From the IMG/VR virus record IMGVR_UViG_3300025135_000004: a stretch of DNA of 20,000 nucleotides; one strand, 5' to 3'. The notes beneath the pieces were generated by a model, which made no database searches, was not told the DNA's origin, and worked only from the letters and a program-made list of their open reading frames with translations. Source of the DNA: an uncultured virus (IMG/VR IMGVR_UViG_3300025135_000004) (Duplodnaviria; Heunggongvirae; Uroviricota; Caudoviricetes). Positions 17,602 through 20,000 of the stretch are shown here, one piece after another; positions within the stretch are counted from its first letter, which is position 1; each line of letters opens with the position of its first letter. A program made the translations under genes and the position numbers.

Positions 17602-18516
17602 ATGAAACAAGATAGAATAGTAGTTACAGGAGGAAGTGGCATGGTCGGCAAGTCTCTTAAGAAGATTATGCCAAATGCAATATATCTTTCATCCAAAGAT
17701 TATGACCTCACATCCGAGAGAGGTGTGGCTCAGATGTATTATGACCTTAAGCCAAGCGTGGTAATTCATCTTGCGGCCAAGGTGGGTGGAATCGTTGATA
17801 ACATCAACAGGCCCAGCACTTATTTCACTGACAATGTTCTTATGAATACGCTTCTTGTTGAATATGCAAGACATCACGGTGTAGAAAGGTTTATAGGAAT
17901 ATTGAGCACATGCATATACCCTGATGTTGCTGAAAATTATCCGATGACTGAAGATATGCTTCATCACGGCCCCCCAACTCCAACCAATTTTTCTTATGGA
18001 TATGCGAAGCGTTGCCTGGCAGTTCAAATAGATGCATGCAACAAGGAGCATGGGACAAATTATCAATATCTCACTCCATGCAATCTCTATGGAGAGCATG
18101 ATAAGTTTGGAGATAATAGCCATTTCGTTGCAGCATTAATTAAAAAGATTCATCACGCAAAAGTCTTTGGAGATGATAAGATAACTCTTTTTGGAACAGG
18201 AGCTCCTCTTAGGCAGTTTATGCACTCAGATGACCTTGCAAAAGTTATCAAGAAATGTATTGATGATGAAATTTATGAAAGCTTTAATGTTGCCACAGAG
18301 CAAAATGTTTCTATTGACGACATCGCCAGAACAGCCCTTAGAGCTTGCGATGCAACTCACATTAAAATTGAGTACGATTCAAGCAAGCCAGATGGTCAAT
18401 TTCGAAAAGATGTGTCAATAGAAAAGATGAAAAGTTTGTTTCCAGAATTTAAAGCAACGAGGCTTTATCACGGAATCGGCTCAACATATTCTATTTTACA
18501 GCAAACCTGGAAATAA
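17602..18516 (+). CDS. fcl: GDP-L-fucose synthase / ColC-like epimerase-reductase
   Basis: TGGSGMVG, HLAAKVGGI, LSTCIYP, YGYAK, PCNLYG, SHFV, GTGAPLRQF and KPDG motifs. Confidence 0.88.
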   Translation: MKQDRIVVTGGSGMVGKSLKKIMPNAIYLSSKDYDLTSERGVAQMYYDLKPSVVIHLAAKVGGIVDNINRPSTYFTDNVLMNTLLVEYARHHGVERFIGILSTCIYPDVAENYPMTEDMLHHGPPTPTNFSYGYAKRCLAVQIDACNKEHGTNYQYLTPCNLYGEHDKFGDNSHFVAALIKKIHHAKVFGDDKITLFGTGAPLRQFMHSDDLAKVIKKCIDDEIYESFNVATEQNVSIDDIARTALRACDATHIKIEYDSSKPDGQFRKDVSIEKMKSLFPEFKATRLYHGIGSTYSILQQTWK

Positions 18517-18570
18517 TCAACTTGATTATTAATTTTCATTTTCATATTATTAATAAAAATAATGTGAAAG

Positions 18571-19758
18571 ATGATAAAAGAAAAAATTACGCTTGTCAAA
18601 GACACCATCGACAAAGATGATATTGATAATTTAATTGAGTGGCTTAAAACGTATCCACGACTAACCAAGGGCCCTAAGACAATTGAATTTGAAGAGATGT
18701 GGTCCAATTGGATTGGGTGCAAGTATTCAGTGTTTGTAAATTCTGGCTCTTCAGCCAACCTTCTCATGCTTTATGCACTTAAAGTATTGGGTAATCTAAG
18801 AAACGATAAAATTGTAGTTCCAGCTCTTGCTTGGGCAACTGACATGGCTCCAGTAATTCAACTTGGATTTGACCCACTTATCTGTGATTGCAACATGCAG
18901 AACCTTGCGGTTGATACGAGTCAGCTTGAGTCAATTTTTAAATACCACAAGCCAGCGGCAATGATTCTTGTGTCTGTTCTTGGACTATCTCCAGATATGG
19001 ATAAGATTGTTGAGCTTTGTCAGAAGTACGGAGTTGTTCTTCTTGAGGATAACTGTGAGTCTCAAGGAACTGAGTTTGACGGAAAGAAGCTTGGGAACTT
19101 CGGACTCATGTCTTCATTCTCCACTTACTTTGGGCACACAATGAGCACAATTGAGGGTGGAATGATTTGTACAAACGACAAGGATGTATATGACCTATTG
19201 AAGATGCTTAGAAGCCACGGGTGGGATAGAGACCTTGATGAAGATGCGCAACAAAAATTAAGAGCCAAGTGGGGGGTTGATGATTTTTCTGCTCTTTACA
19301 CTTTTTATGAGCCAGGATTCAACGTGCGCTCAACCGACCTTCAAGCGGTGATTGGAATTGGCCAGCTTAATAAGGTTGATTCAATGATTGATACAAGAAA
19401 TGAAAATTTCTATCACTTTCTTGATGCTATGAAATCTTTTGATAAAAAGAAAAAAGTCTGGACACCAACTGAGCATAAAAATTCGTTTACAGCATCTTTC
19501 TGCTATCCAATGATATTCCTGAATAAGAAGGATAAGGAAAAAGCTGTTAAGGCCTTAATTGATGCAGGCGTTGAGACAAGACCTCTCATCTGTGGTTCCA
19601 TGGGAACTCAACCATTTTTTATTAGTAGATATGGTAGACATGAAACTCTAAATGCAGCTGTTGTTGATGAGTGTGGAATCTATGTTCCAAATCACCCAAA
19701 GCTAACTAAAGAAGATATAGAGTTTATTTGTAAAACAGTAATTGAATCAATTAAGTAA
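18571..19758 (+). CDS. DegT/DnrJ-family PLP enzyme, ColD-like GDP-4-keto-6-deoxymannose 3-dehydratase
   Basis: VNSGSSANL, LLEDNCES, FSTYFGHTMSTIEGG with His189 in place of the Schiff-base Lys, and LRSHGW without the E1 Fe-S cysteines. Confidence 0.8.
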   Translation: MIKEKITLVKDTIDKDDIDNLIEWLKTYPRLTKGPKTIEFEEMWSNWIGCKYSVFVNSGSSANLLMLYALKVLGNLRNDKIVVPALAWATDMAPVIQLGFDPLICDCNMQNLAVDTSQLESIFKYHKPAAMILVSVLGLSPDMDKIVELCQKYGVVLLEDNCESQGTEFDGKKLGNFGLMSSFSTYFGHTMSTIEGGMICTNDKDVYDLLKMLRSHGWDRDLDEDAQQKLRAKWGVDDFSALYTFYEPGFNVRSTDLQAVIGIGQLNKVDSMIDTRNENFYHFLDAMKSFDKKKKVWTPTEHKNSFTASFCYPMIFLNKKDKEKAVKALIDAGVETRPLICGSMGTQPFFISRYGRHETLNAAVVDECGIYVPNHPKLTKEDIEFICKTVIESIK

Positions 19759-20000
19759 TGAAATCGGTTCACAAAAGACTTGATGGGCTGGAGCCTAAGT
19801 GGAATCTCTCTTGGGATTATCTTGGTTATAAGAAATATATTGACAAAGATATAGTTATACCTCAAAGAGATTGGATTCAAACCCTTATTACAAGAATTAA
19901 TGAGATTTCTACTCAGATGCATATGTCAACTCTTTTGGAGCCAGCAAACACTGTTATAACAAGCCCAAGTTGTGCTGGATTAATTGAAAGCTTTGAGTAT
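19758..20000 (+). CDS. Partial protein resembling an internal segment of T4-like major capsid protein (gp23)
   Basis: Not in the ORF track. ATG overlaps the previous TAA (TAATG). Translation MKSVHKRLDGLEPKWNLSWDYLGYKKYIDKDIVIPQRDWIQTLITRINEISTQMHMSTLLEPANTVITSPSCAGLIESFEY, open to the window edge. Confidence 0.6.
   Translation, partial: MKSVHKRLDGLEPKWNLSWDYLGYKKYIDKDIVIPQRDWIQTLITRINEISTQMHMSTLLEPANTVITSPSCAGLIESFEY

Noticed and set aside
10628..19758. Interpretation as a bacterial O-antigen locus
   Set aside because: There are no wzx/wzy/wzz or membrane proteins, it is interspersed with virion-protein-like genes, and it is flanked by phage-type genes.
570..19922. Short or antisense ORFs in the track (e.g. 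570..806, 1061..1285, 4238..4564, 7088..7390, 9529..10008, 9629..9874, 12620..12985, 17689..18123, 19692..19922)
   Set aside because: They overlap longer, motif-bearing genes on the opposite strand or another frame and have S/F-rich shadow compositions.
1..20000. Stop-codon reassignment as in some jumbo and crAss-like phages
   Set aside because: Genes are full length and tightly packed in code 11. TAG stops at 5532-5534 and 15559-15561 are followed closely by the next gene, and readthrough adds little.
1..20000. tRNA/rRNA genes, introns, inteins, integrase or transposase
   Set aside because: Intergenic gaps are short and explained by promoters and terminators. No cloverleaf, intein or mobile-element motifs were seen.

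Overview
An AT-rich, gene-dense segment that reads as part of a large T4-superfamily-like (myovirus/jumbo) phage genome in the standard genetic code. A Bacteroidota-like host is plausible because Shine-Dalgarno motifs are largely absent and there are TTG-N19/20-TAnnTT promoter-like sites. The left half (1-10.5 kb) holds hypothetical and probable head-associated acidic or coiled-coil proteins sharing an N-terminal motif, a large VWA/MIDAS protein, a GT4-like glycosyltransferase, PhoH and two tandem paralogous microproteins. Many of these genes are preceded by a TATTTAT(A/T) motif and bounded by clear intrinsic terminators. The right half (10.6-20 kb) is a tightly packed glycan operon: thioredoxin, GT-A/GT2, GT7-like, GT25, GT10 and GT11 transferases, an FkbM-SGNH fusion, an Fcl/ColC-like epimerase-reductase and a His-type ColD-like 3-dehydratase, which together suggest GDP-colitose/fucose chemistry. 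The most striking observation is that three small genes coupled to the glycosylation genes look like miniature, truncated copies of virion structural proteins. They are a tail-sheath C-terminal fragment, a neck(gp13)-portal-clip(gp20) fusion and a major-capsid(gp23) internal fragment. All family calls come from motif recognition by eye, not database searches.
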